DNA from: an uncultured Candidatus Saccharibacteria bacterium
GTDB lineage: Bacteria; Patescibacteriota; Minisyncoccia; 2-02-FULL-40-12; GWA2-44-9
Direction: 5' to 3'
Length of the DNA stretch: 64,000 nucleotides
Assembly (NCBI GenBank): GCA_964488565.1
Contig: CAZAUE010000002.1
Span: 40,048 to 104,047, forward strand
Positions within the stretch are counted from its first letter, which is position 1. Each line of letters begins with the position of its first letter. The translations under genes were made by a program, and so were the position numbers. Positions 27,974 through 36,437 of the stretch are shown here, one piece after another. Under the pieces are notes generated by a model that had not been told where the DNA came from, made no database searches, and saw only the letters and a list, made by a program, of their open reading frames with translations.

Positions 27974-29992
27974 ATGAACAAGGATGCAGCCAAAGAAAGA
28001 ATATGGAAACTCAAGAAAACGATTAACCATCACCGTTATCTTTATCATGTTTTAGATCGTCAAGAAATATCGGATGAGGCTTTGGATTCTCTAAAAAAAG
28101 AGTTGTTTGACTTAGAACAAGAGTTCCCTAATTTAGTTACCACCGATTCACCAACTCAACGCGTTGCTGGCGAGCCACTAGAAGGGTTCACAAAAGTCAC
28201 ACACCCAGGACGAATGATTTCATTAAATGACGCTTTCAGTCACCAAGACTTACGAAACTGGCAAGAACGCTTAAACAACTTCCTCGGCCAAGATTATACT
28301 GGAAACTACTATTGCGATCTAAAAATGGATGGCCTCGCCATTGAACTTAGATATGAGAACGGAGAACTCACACAAGCATCTACCAGGGGTAATGGCCTTG
28401 TTGGTGAAGATGTCACTCAAAACATCCGAACGGTAGATGCTGTTCCATTACGCCTTCGCAGCGAAGACCGCCCCATTCCAAAAACACTTCTCGTCCGAGG
28501 TGAGGTATTTTTAACCAAAAAAGAATTTGCCAGAATAAATAAAGAGCAAGTCAAAAAAAATGAAAAAACTTATGCCAATCCACGTAATTTTGCCGCCGGA
28601 ACAATACGCCAACTTGATCCACGTATTACCGCTGGCAGAAAACTTTCTTTTTATGCCTACAGCGTAGTCGGTATTGATGGAACATATGGCGATGATTTTA
28701 AAAGTCATGCCGATGAATACCGAGCTCTAAACGAGTGGGGGATCGGAACTAATCCTCATGGTAAAGTCGCCAACACCCTGGAAGATATAATTTCATTCTG
28801 GGAAACATGGCAAGAAAAACGCGATAAATTAGATTATGAGTTTGATGGCATTGTCGTTTCAATAAATGACAATGGGGTTTATCGACGTGCTGGTGTCATT
28901 GGTAAATCGCCTCGAGGTGCGATTGCATTCAAGTTTTCACCAAAGTCCGCTCAGACAATTATTGAGGATATTCAAATTCAAGTCGGAAGAACAGGGGTCC
29001 TTACTCCTGTTGCTCATCTTAAGCCTGTTTCAATTGGAGGCACCACTGTTTCTAGAGCAACCCTCCACAATATGGATGAAATTAAACGCCTCGGTGTAAA
29101 AATAGGAGACACTGTTGTCGTCGGAAGAGCTGGAGATGTAATACCCGACATCCTTAATGTTCTGACGGAATTAAGAACTGGCAAAGAAAAAAACTTCCAA
29201 CTTCCGACAAAGTGTCCTGTTTGTAATACCCCCATCAAAAAAGAAGCTGAACAGGTTGCATCCTATTGTCCAAACATTGATTGTCCAGCTCGCCAACGAA
29301 TCACCATTTATCATTTTTGCTCCCGCAATGCCCTGAATATTGACGGTGTTGGTCCAAAAATTATAGATGCTCTCATGGATGCTGGTCTAGTCCAAGACTA
29401 TGCAGACTTATTTACCCTCAAAATCGAAGATCTCCAAAACCTAGATCGGTTTGCCGAAGTATCAAGCGCAAACGTTATTAAGGCCATCAATGACAGCAGA
29501 GAAGTTCCTCTCGCACGATTCGTTTATGCTCTCGGCATCATGCATGTGGGAGAAGAGACTGCTCGCGTTCTAGCTCAACACTTCCACACACTAGAGAAGA
29601 TCGCGGAAGCATCGGAAGAAGAACTCACCACAGTTGAAGATGTCGGTCCGGTTGTCGCTCATAGCATTGCCGAATGGTTTAAACGTCCGTACCATAAAAA
29701 AATATTAAAAAAGTTTGAACAAGCAGGATTAAAAATAATCACTGACAAAGGATTGGTTAAGGGCAAACTGTTCGGAAAAACATTTGTTCTGACTGGCACT
29801 CTTGAAACAATGAGCCGAGAAGAAGCTGGAGCAAAAATACGAACTCTTGGTGGTAAAATTTCATCTTCAGTTAGCAAAGATACGAGTTTTGTTATTGCTG
29901 GAGACAATCCTGGCTCTAAATATGACCAAGCTCAAAAACTTGGAGTAAAGATTCTGGATGAAAAAGAATTTTTGGAAATGCTGGCAATGTGA
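27974..29992 (+). CDS. ligA: NAD-dependent DNA ligase LigA
   Basis: Adenylation motif CDLKMDG, OB fold, Cys4 zinc finger (CPVCNTP...CPNIDC), HhH repeats, C-terminal BRCT. 672 aa. Confidence 0.92.
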   Translation: MNKDAAKERIWKLKKTINHHRYLYHVLDRQEISDEALDSLKKELFDLEQEFPNLVTTDSPTQRVAGEPLEGFTKVTHPGRMISLNDAFSHQDLRNWQERLNNFLGQDYTGNYYCDLKMDGLAIELRYENGELTQASTRGNGLVGEDVTQNIRTVDAVPLRLRSEDRPIPKTLLVRGEVFLTKKEFARINKEQVKKNEKTYANPRNFAAGTIRQLDPRITAGRKLSFYAYSVVGIDGTYGDDFKSHADEYRALNEWGIGTNPHGKVANTLEDIISFWETWQEKRDKLDYEFDGIVVSINDNGVYRRAGVIGKSPRGAIAFKFSPKSAQTIIEDIQIQVGRTGVLTPVAHLKPVSIGGTTVSRATLHNMDEIKRLGVKIGDTVVVGRAGDVIPDILNVLTELRTGKEKNFQLPTKCPVCNTPIKKEAEQVASYCPNIDCPARQRITIYHFCSRNALNIDGVGPKIIDALMDAGLVQDYADLFTLKIEDLQNLDRFAEVSSANVIKAINDSREVPLARFVYALGIMHVGEETARVLAQHFHTLEKIAEASEEELTTVEDVGPVVAHSIAEWFKRPYHKKILKKFEQAGLKIITDKGLVKGKLFGKTFVLTGTLETMSREEAGAKIRTLGGKISSSVSKDTSFVIAGDNPGSKYDQAQKLGVKILDEKEFLEMLAM

Positions 29993-30088
29993 TAATCTAA
30001 AAATGTGGGTATGGCCGAGAAAAAGGCGCATGGCAGGCAATCCATGATTCGGTAGGCTGAAATCCCTACCTACCCACTACATCTATTT

Positions 30089-30394
30089 ATGCTAACCGAT
30101 AAAGAAGTAAAACATATCGCTGAGCTAGCGAGAATAAAAATAAGTGAAAAAGAAGAACAAAGTCTCAAAAAAGATCTGTCTTCAATTTTAGAATACATCA
30201 ACAAATTAAACGAGGTGGATACAACCGGAGTTGAGCCATTATATCAGACAACCGGATTGGTTGATTCGTTCCGCAGTGATGAGTCAAGAGGGGAGTTTAA
30301 GATGGATGAAAATTTGAACGAAAAACTTATTGGCCAAGCACCACACAAAGACGACAGGTTTATAAAAGTTAAATCAGTTTTAGCACACAAATAA
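30089..30394 (+). CDS. gatC: Asp/Glu-tRNA amidotransferase subunit C
   Basis: 101 aa, [23 protein letters not shown], followed directly by gatA with overlapping stop/start. Confidence 0.8.
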   Translation: MLTDKEVKHIAELARIKISEKEEQSLKKDLSSILEYINKLNEVDTTGVEPLYQTTGLVDSFRSDESRGEFKMDENLNEKLIGQAPHKDDRFIKVKSVLAHK

Positions 30395-31794
30395 TGGAAC
30401 CATCACTTACAATCAAGGATGTCCGAGATGGCCTTTCAAAGAGTCATTTTACGACTGAGGAGATTTTTAAAAAGTACTCAGATAAAATTAGCAAAGAAAA
30501 CAAAGAATTAAACGCGTATCTTTCTGTTTTTGAAAAACCAAAAGAAAGTCCTCCTCATGGTGAACTTTATGGCATTCCATGTGCGATTAAAGACAATATG
30601 CTAATTGAAGGAACTATCGCAACTGCTGGTTCTAAAATACTTAAAAATTATATTTCTTCTTACGATGCAACAGTTATTAAGAAGCTTAATAAGACTGGCG
30701 CAATGATTCTTGGAAAAACCAACATGGATGAATTCGCCATGGGAACTTCTACTGAGAACTCCGCTTTTGGACCAACAAAGAACCCCCACGACTTAACTCG
30801 AGTCCCCGGTGGTTCTTCTGGTGGTTCTGCTGCTGCCGTGGCTGCTGATCTTTGTGTTTTTGCTCTTGGCTCTGATACTGGGGGTTCTGTTCGCCAACCG
30901 GCTAGTCTGTGTGGGGTTGTTGGTTTAAAACCCACCTACGGTAGAGTTTCGCGGCACGGATTAATGGCCATGGCTTCATCTTTAGATCAGATTGGCCCTC
31001 TAACCAAAAATGTTTATGACTCGGCTTTGGTTTTAAATACTATCTGCGGACAAGATATTTTTGATTCCACTACCGTATCAAACAAAGTTCCCGACTTTAC
31101 TGAAAATCTTGAAAATGAAGTAAAAGGATTAAAAGTCGGTGTTCCAAAAGAATTTTTTGGAAAAGGATTAGATGGAGAGGTTGAAGAAAAAATACGATCA
31201 ACCATTACCAAACTCGAGAAGTTGGGTGCTGAAATTGTTGAAATAAGTTTACCTAATTTTGAATATGCTTTAGCTACTTATTACATAATCGTTCCCAGTG
31301 AAGTTTCCGCTAATTTATCGAGGTTTGATGGTATTCGATATGGCCACTCATCCAAAGAAGCCAAAACTCTTCTGGATACTTATTTAGAATCCCGTTCTGA
31401 AGGATTTGGGGCTGAACCAAAGAGAAGAATAATGCTCGGGGCATATGCATTATCGTCGGGTTATTATGATGCTTATTATTTAAAGGCTCAAAAGGTGCGG
31501 GCTTTAATAAAAAAAGATTTTGATAATGCTTTCAAAATAGTTGATGTTATTGTTGGACCCACTGCTCCTCACACAGCATTTAAGATTGGGGAAAAAATAT
31601 CAGACCCACTGTCTCTCTATATGGAAGACGTTTATACCGTTCCGGTTAATCTTACAGGCCTACCCGGAATCTCAATTCCGTGTGGAAATGGGACAACGAG
31701 TGGAATGCCTGTAGGCTTTCAAATAATCGGTCGTTCTTTTGACGAAGAGACTCTTTTAAAGGTATCCTACCAACTCGAGCAATCAATGAAATAA
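30394..31794 (+). CDS. gatA: Asp/Glu-tRNA amidotransferase subunit A (amidase family)
   Basis: Amidase signature [13 protein letters not shown]...[13 protein letters not shown]. 466 aa. Confidence 0.9.
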   Translation: MEPSLTIKDVRDGLSKSHFTTEEIFKKYSDKISKENKELNAYLSVFEKPKESPPHGELYGIPCAIKDNMLIEGTIATAGSKILKNYISSYDATVIKKLNKTGAMILGKTNMDEFAMGTSTENSAFGPTKNPHDLTRVPGGSSGGSAAAVAADLCVFALGSDTGGSVRQPASLCGVVGLKPTYGRVSRHGLMAMASSLDQIGPLTKNVYDSALVLNTICGQDIFDSTTVSNKVPDFTENLENEVKGLKVGVPKEFFGKGLDGEVEEKIRSTITKLEKLGAEIVEISLPNFEYALATYYIIVPSEVSANLSRFDGIRYGHSSKEAKTLLDTYLESRSEGFGAEPKRRIMLGAYALSSGYYDAYYLKAQKVRALIKKDFDNAFKIVDVIVGPTAPHTAFKIGEKISDPLSLYMEDVYTVPVNLTGLPGISIPCGNGTTSGMPVGFQIIGRSFDEETLLKVSYQLEQSMK

Positions 31795-31808
31795 CAGCCG
31801 CGAGAATA

Positions 31809-32399
31809 ATGCTAATAAACAACGACAACCTTATAGAGAGTACCGTCTCGAGCTTGTATCAAGTGTCCGATTTTGAAATTGGAAAACTTACGGTTGCTCA
31901 AGCTTTAGAATATCTTCCTGGATTCGGAGCCGATGCAAACTGGAATATCGTAAAAATAATCATGATAGTGATTAGTGTATTGATTGGGATATTTTGGGTA
32001 AGGATATTATTAAAAACAAGAGAATTGTTTTCCACAAAAACAGACCTCTCCAAAAACCTCTTGCCACCATCAGGTACCACATCGGGATTAGATGCTCGTT
32101 GGGTTGAAATTGAGAAACACATTAACTCAACACGTGAAGCAGAATGGAAATTTGCAGTTATAGAAGCGGACAAATTAACTGACGAATTATTAAAATCATC
32201 TGGATTCCAAGGAGACACAATGGGGGATAGACTGATGAATATTCAACCTGGCCAACTAGTGACCATACAAGGCCTCTGGGAGGCTCACAAGATAAGGAAT
32301 CGCCTGGTTCATGATACTAATTACTTCCTACGCTACACTGAAGCAAAAAGAGCTGTCGGTCTATATGAAAAAACTTTAAAAGAATTACAGGCATTATAA
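31809..32399 (+). CDS. membrane-anchored hypothetical protein with a HEPN-like Rx4H motif
   Basis: Central TM helix (IIMIVISVLIGIFWVRILL). C-terminal AHKIRNRLVHD resembles the HEPN R-x4-6-H motif. Terminator aaactccctttagggagtttt follows. Confidence 0.35.
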   Translation: MLINNDNLIESTVSSLYQVSDFEIGKLTVAQALEYLPGFGADANWNIVKIIMIVISVLIGIFWVRILLKTRELFSTKTDLSKNLLPPSGTTSGLDARWVEIEKHINSTREAEWKFAVIEADKLTDELLKSSGFQGDTMGDRLMNIQPGQLVTIQGLWEAHKIRNRLVHDTNYFLRYTEAKRAVGLYEKTLKELQAL

Positions 32400-32569
32400 A
32401 ACTCCCTTTAGGGAGTTTTATAATCTGGTGGTCACAAGTATTTTTCCTGACGGAAAAATCTCGCGACCCCAGCTCGTGGTTTTTGCCTTTCGCTATCGCT
32501 CAAACAAAAACATCACTGCGCTTTCCAAAAGCTAAAAATCTAAAGCAGTTTAGATTTTCTGACGCTTTG

Positions 32570-32640
32570 TGGACCTACCGAGAGTCGAACTCGGCCCTCT
32601 TCCATGCCATGGAAGCGTAATACCGATTTACTATAGGCCC
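32570..32640 (-). tRNA. tRNA-Ala (anticodon GGC)
   Basis: Acceptor gggccua with a G3:U70 pair (Ala identity), anticodon loop auGGCau, T arm ccgag-ttcgact-ctcgg. Confidence 0.7.
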
Positions 32641-32804
32641 GAACGAGGATGTGGGAATGTTTTACATTCACATCATCCGAGTGAAGGGTATATACCTCTT
32701 GGTATAGGCCCTAATCCCATCAAAACTATACAAACATCATTCTCTTAATTTAATTGAAAAAATACCACAAAAATGCTACTATATCAAGATAAATTAACTT
32801 ATTC

Positions 32805-32876
32805 GCCCTCGTAGTTCAATGGATAGAACAAATCCGTCCTAAGGATAAAATGGGGGTCCGATTCCCTCCGAGGGCA
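32805..32876 (+). tRNA. tRNA-Arg (anticodon CCT)
   Basis: Acceptor gccctcg/cgagggc, D arm with GG, anticodon loop guCCUaa. The T loop reads tccgatt (C at position 55), which is unusual, so confidence is moderate. Confidence 0.55.
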
Positions 32877-33031
32877 CAAATTATGTTACGTTTTACGTAA
32901 AGCAAGTGAACTGCTTCACTTGCGTCAGAATTTGTGAGTTCGGAACTTATGACAGTCAATAGACTGTCATGTGAGAACGGGGTCGCGACCGAGCCAAGCG
33001 ACGGCGAGGCGAGAGTTGTGACCAAAAAGAT

Positions 33032-34465
33032 ATGAAATTACCAGAAGAAGTCCAAAATATAATCAAAAAGCTTCAAGATTCAGGATTTGAGGGGTATGCC
33101 GTGGGTGGCTGTGTCCGAGATTTATTATTGGGCAAAGAACCCAAAGATTGGGACATTACAACCAACGCCAAGCCGGAGGAAATACAAAACATATTTCCTG
33201 AACATGTTTACGAAAACACATTTGGAACCGTAGCGGTTAAAACCGGTTCAGAAAAATCTGAGCTTACTCTTGTTGAAGTTACACCGTATCGCATTGAAGG
33301 CAAATACACGGACAAACGCCATCCTGATGATGTTAAATTTGCCGACAAACTTGAAGACGATTTATCGCGTCGTGATTTTACGGTTAATGCTCTGGCGATG
33401 GATATTGATGGCAAAATCATAGATCTTTTTGATGGCAAAAAAGACTTGAAATCAAAAACAATAAGAACTGTAGGCGAGCCGGAAGAAAGATTTAATGAGG
33501 ATGCTTTGAGGTTGCTACGGGCCGTAAGATTCGCAACAATTCTTGATTTTAAAATAGAAAAGAAAACATTAGAAGCGGTAACCAAAAATTCAGATTGGTT
33601 GATAGCTATATCCAAAGAAAGAATCAGAGATGAGTTTGTTAAAATAATCAATTCTGACAACGCATATGATGGAATTGTACTTCTTAATGAAACAGGGTTA
33701 TTAAAACATATTGTTCCGGAACTATTAGAAGGAATCGGAGTTGGTCAAAACCTTCATCATATTTATACAGTCTGGGAACACAATCTTTTAGCTCTTAAGT
33801 ATGCCGTCAGTAAAAACTACTCACTGGAGGTAAGGCTTGGTTCATTGTTTCATGACATTGGTAAACCTCAAACAAAAAGAGGGGACGGGAAACATTCAAC
33901 CTTTTATGGACATGATGTGGTTGGGGCTAGAATAACCGCTGAGGTAATGGATAGATTAAAGTTCCCCAAAGAAACAGCCGAGAAAGTTATCAAACTTGTC
34001 CGTTACCATCTTTTCTATTACAACGTAGATGAGGTGACCGAATCCTCTGTAAGACGATTATTGGTGAACGTTGGTCCTGAAAACATGAGCGACCTAATAA
34101 AAATACGAGAAGCAGATAGAATTGGTTCAGGGACACCAAAAGCAGTTCCTTATAAATTAAGGCACCTGCAATATATCATTGATAAGGTTTCCCATGACCC
34201 GATTTCTGTAAAAATGTTAAAGGTCGGCGGAGAAGATGTTATAAAGGAACTTAAAACCCAACCAGGACCTAAGGTTGGATTGATTTTAAACTATCTTTTA
34301 GCTGAAGTAATAGATGATCCGTCAAAAAATACAAAAGAATATCTAGAACAAAGAATCCATGAATTAGATAAAGAGTCCCCAGAAGAATTAAAAAAATCAT
34401 TAGAAAAGATAGAGAAGGCGATTGAGGAGGAGGAGAAGGAAAGAATGAAGAAGTATTACGTTTAA
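33032..34465 (+). CDS. cca: CCA-adding tRNA nucleotidyltransferase with C-terminal HD domain
   Basis: Pol-beta NTase motif GGCVRDLLLG..DWDI, RRDFTVNALA, and an HD domain (HHIYTVWEH...FHDIGK). All tRNAs in the window lack an encoded CCA. Confidence 0.85.
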   Translation: MKLPEEVQNIIKKLQDSGFEGYAVGGCVRDLLLGKEPKDWDITTNAKPEEIQNIFPEHVYENTFGTVAVKTGSEKSELTLVEVTPYRIEGKYTDKRHPDDVKFADKLEDDLSRRDFTVNALAMDIDGKIIDLFDGKKDLKSKTIRTVGEPEERFNEDALRLLRAVRFATILDFKIEKKTLEAVTKNSDWLIAISKERIRDEFVKIINSDNAYDGIVLLNETGLLKHIVPELLEGIGVGQNLHHIYTVWEHNLLALKYAVSKNYSLEVRLGSLFHDIGKPQTKRGDGKHSTFYGHDVVGARITAEVMDRLKFPKETAEKVIKLVRYHLFYYNVDEVTESSVRRLLVNVGPENMSDLIKIREADRIGSGTPKAVPYKLRHLQYIIDKVSHDPISVKMLKVGGEDVIKELKTQPGPKVGLILNYLLAEVIDDPSKNTKEYLEQRIHELDKESPEELKKSLEKIEKAIEEEEKERMKKYYV

Positions 34466-34468
34466 TTT

Positions 34469-34540
34469 CGGGCCGTAGTGTAACGGTAACACGCACGATT
34501 CGGGTTCGTGAGACTCCGGGTTCAAATCCCGGCGGCCCGA
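34469..34540 (+). tRNA. tRNA-Pro (anticodon CGG)
   Basis: Acceptor cgggccg/cggcccg, anticodon stem cacga/tcgtg, loop uuCGGgu, T arm ccggg-ttcaaat-cccgg. Confidence 0.75.
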
Positions 34541-34710
34541 CTGGAGCAACGCGAAAGGAGGGGTGCAGCAAACAAACTACTTTGTTTGCGTCGAGAAGTG
34601 AAAAGCGGAGCGATATTTCTCGAACAGTTGGTGAGAGAAATCGCGAGCTGGGCCTGCGACCGAGCCGACGGAAGTCGGCGAGAGTTGTAGGCAAATCCCG
34701 GCGGCCCGAC
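34541..34710. repeat. about 170-bp GC-rich insert after tRNA-Pro ending in a perfect 19-bp duplicate of the tRNA 3' end
   Basis: caaatcccggcggcccgac at 34523-34541 is repeated at 34692-34710. The insert carries the gcgaccgagcc...cggcgagagttgt module shared with 32985-33020. Confidence 0.7.
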
Positions 34711-34720
34711 AAGCATCTGG

Positions 34721-35215
34721 TCAGTTAGGCTTTTTTCTTATTATTATTTTTATAGCTCTTTTCATGGTTTCAAAAATAACTGGAAGTTCAAGATAGTCTA
34801 TAGATATGGCTAGCCATGCAACGATATGGTTCCAGTGACCCACCAAACTTGCGTAACCCAAAACCTGGATAACCATTTCGTCGGTTATCCATAAAATATG
34901 CAACCACTGAACATTCAAGAAAATAAGGAAAAACAAATCTTTCCTGTTTGGTTTAATTTTGTATGATCTTAGATACACCAAAGAAGTTGCCACTATGGCC
35001 GGAATTTCAGTATAATCAACAACCGCTATGGTAGTATTGAAAAGGTGATTAATTAAAAACGGGGCAACGTCAAAAATTCTAGGAATTACCACGTTTGTAG
35101 TCAACCACAGAAGATGAATCAGTTGAATTGAAAATAATGCCCCAGCAAAGACAACATTGAAATCATCATGGTTGTCATACCACCTTAAAAATTTGCGCAC
35201 GATATTAGAAAACAT
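34721..35215 (-). CDS. hypothetical polytopic membrane protein
   Basis: 164 aa, 4-5 predicted TM helices. No recognisable family. Confidence 0.4.
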   Translation of the reverse strand: MFSNIVRKFLRWYDNHDDFNVVFAGALFSIQLIHLLWLTTNVVIPRIFDVAPFLINHLFNTTIAVVDYTEIPAIVATSLVYLRSYKIKPNRKDLFFLIFLNVQWLHILWITDEMVIQVLGYASLVGHWNHIVAWLAISIDYLELPVIFETMKRAIKIIIRKKPN

Positions 35216-35254
35216 TGTTTAAACATAATACCAGAAAAATATTAATTTTCAAAC

Positions 35255-35326
35255 GGGCCCGCCCTCACACCTACTTAGCACTGAGGGCCTCCGGCCCTAA
35301 AGTGTTATTGTGCTAAGTAGGTGTGA
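35255..35326. repeat. 65-bp palindromic insert flanked by a 7-bp direct repeat (gggcccg) at the 5' end of tRNA-Ala(CGC)
   Basis: Perfect 20-bp arms ccctcacacctacttagcac / gtgctaagtaggtgtgaggg (35262-35281 / 35310-35329) with a GC hairpin in the loop. gggcccg at 35255-35261 duplicates the tRNA acceptor 5' strand at 35327-35333. Confidence 0.65.
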
Positions 35327-35397
35327 GGGCCCGTAGTTAAGTGGCATAACGCGACATTCGCATTGTCGAGGCGGGAGTTCGATTCTCCCCGGGTCCA
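35327..35397 (+). tRNA. tRNA-Ala (anticodon CGC)
   Basis: Acceptor gggcccg/cgggucc with G3:U70, anticodon stem cgaca/tgtcg, loop uuCGCau, T arm gggag-ttcgatt-ctccc. Confidence 0.7.
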
Positions 35398-35399
35398 CA

Positions 35400-35424
35400 A
35401 TAAAAACCCCACCTAGGTGGGGTC
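35400..35424 (-). terminator. bidirectional hairpin terminator (CDF gene on minus strand, tRNA-Ala on plus strand)
   Basis: aaaaaccccacctaggtggggtc. The minus-strand reading ends in a U tract. Confidence 0.65.
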
Positions 35425-36354
35425 AGAAGAACATCTTGTCTCAATTGTTAGGTGCACATTTTTTAATTCAGGAAATTCTTCCTGAAGATGAGTCTTAATT
35501 AGGTCGGGGACAGAGTCGTGCAGGGTGTGACTACTAATCAAGACGCTACCACTTAAAACCGTTAGGTCGGAGCTGATTTTGTTTATATGTAAATCTAAAA
35601 CATCACTTACTCCATAAACTTTATTAATTGATGCTGTGACTTTATTAAAATCGATATCTATTGGCACAGCTTCCATTATCATGTTGAAAATTATTTTCGG
35701 AGTTTTTCTAAAACTCCAGATCAACATACCAGCAATCATAATCGCGGCTAAAATATCTACCCAGAATAAACGTTGGTCAATCAAAACAACAACGGAACCG
35801 ATAATAACAGCAACAGAACCTAACGCATCGGTAACAGCACAGGCAATAGCGCTTTTTATTCCTTCTTCTCCGTGACTATGAACACTTAGGGTCTTGAAGA
35901 CCGCTAGATTTACCACAAGTCCGAGTGTGCCGACCAAAAATACCGGCCACGCAAGAATCTCGGTGTGTCCAAACATTAATCGCAAATACGCTTCTCTGAC
36001 AATCCAAAAAATCGCGGTCCCCACCAAAAGAGTGTTGAGAATAATAATTAATAACTCCAAACGACGGAAACCAAAACTTAGATAGCCAACAACCGAATCT
36101 CTTGGGGGAACACTCCTTAATTTATAAACCCAGTAGGTCAGAACCAGAACAAAACCATCAGTGAGCATGTGAATACTATCACCCAACATTGCCAAACTGT
36201 TTGTTAGGTAGCCGGTTATAAATTCAACCGCAAAGTAAGCAAGTGTTATGAAAATACCTTTTTTTAAATCACCCAATTTAAGATGCTCGTGATGTACGTG
36301 TTCATGTCCGTGATGTATATGTACATCTTTTTGTTCCTGAAATGTGCAACTCAT
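35413..36354 (-). CDS. cation diffusion facilitator family divalent-metal efflux transporter
   Basis: Six TM helices, HxxxD metal-binding motifs in TM2/TM5, His-rich N-terminus (HIHHGHEHVHHEH), and a C-terminal cytoplasmic domain. Confidence 0.8.
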   Translation of the reverse strand: MSCTFQEQKDVHIHHGHEHVHHEHLKLGDLKKGIFITLAYFAVEFITGYLTNSLAMLGDSIHMLTDGFVLVLTYWVYKLRSVPPRDSVVGYLSFGFRRLELLIIILNTLLVGTAIFWIVREAYLRLMFGHTEILAWPVFLVGTLGLVVNLAVFKTLSVHSHGEEGIKSAIACAVTDALGSVAVIIGSVVVLIDQRLFWVDILAAIMIAGMLIWSFRKTPKIIFNMIMEAVPIDIDFNKVTASINKVYGVSDVLDLHINKISSDLTVLSGSVLISSHTLHDSVPDLIKTHLQEEFPELKNVHLTIETRCSSDPT

Positions 36355-36437
36355 ACTTGTCCTTTTAAAGGTACCTAATTACTATCTTTATACGCTAAAT
36401 CTAAAACTTATTCAAAATTACGAATTTTCATAAATGT

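Noticed and set aside
32816-33025. 69-aa minus-strand ORF
   Set aside because: Overlaps tRNA-Arg and the GC-rich insert upstream of cca.
34269-34716. ORFs of 147, 60 and 64 aa around tRNA-Pro
   Set aside because: They overlap the 3' end of cca, tRNA-Pro and the repeat insert. The RG-rich translations are typical of GC-rich non-coding DNA.
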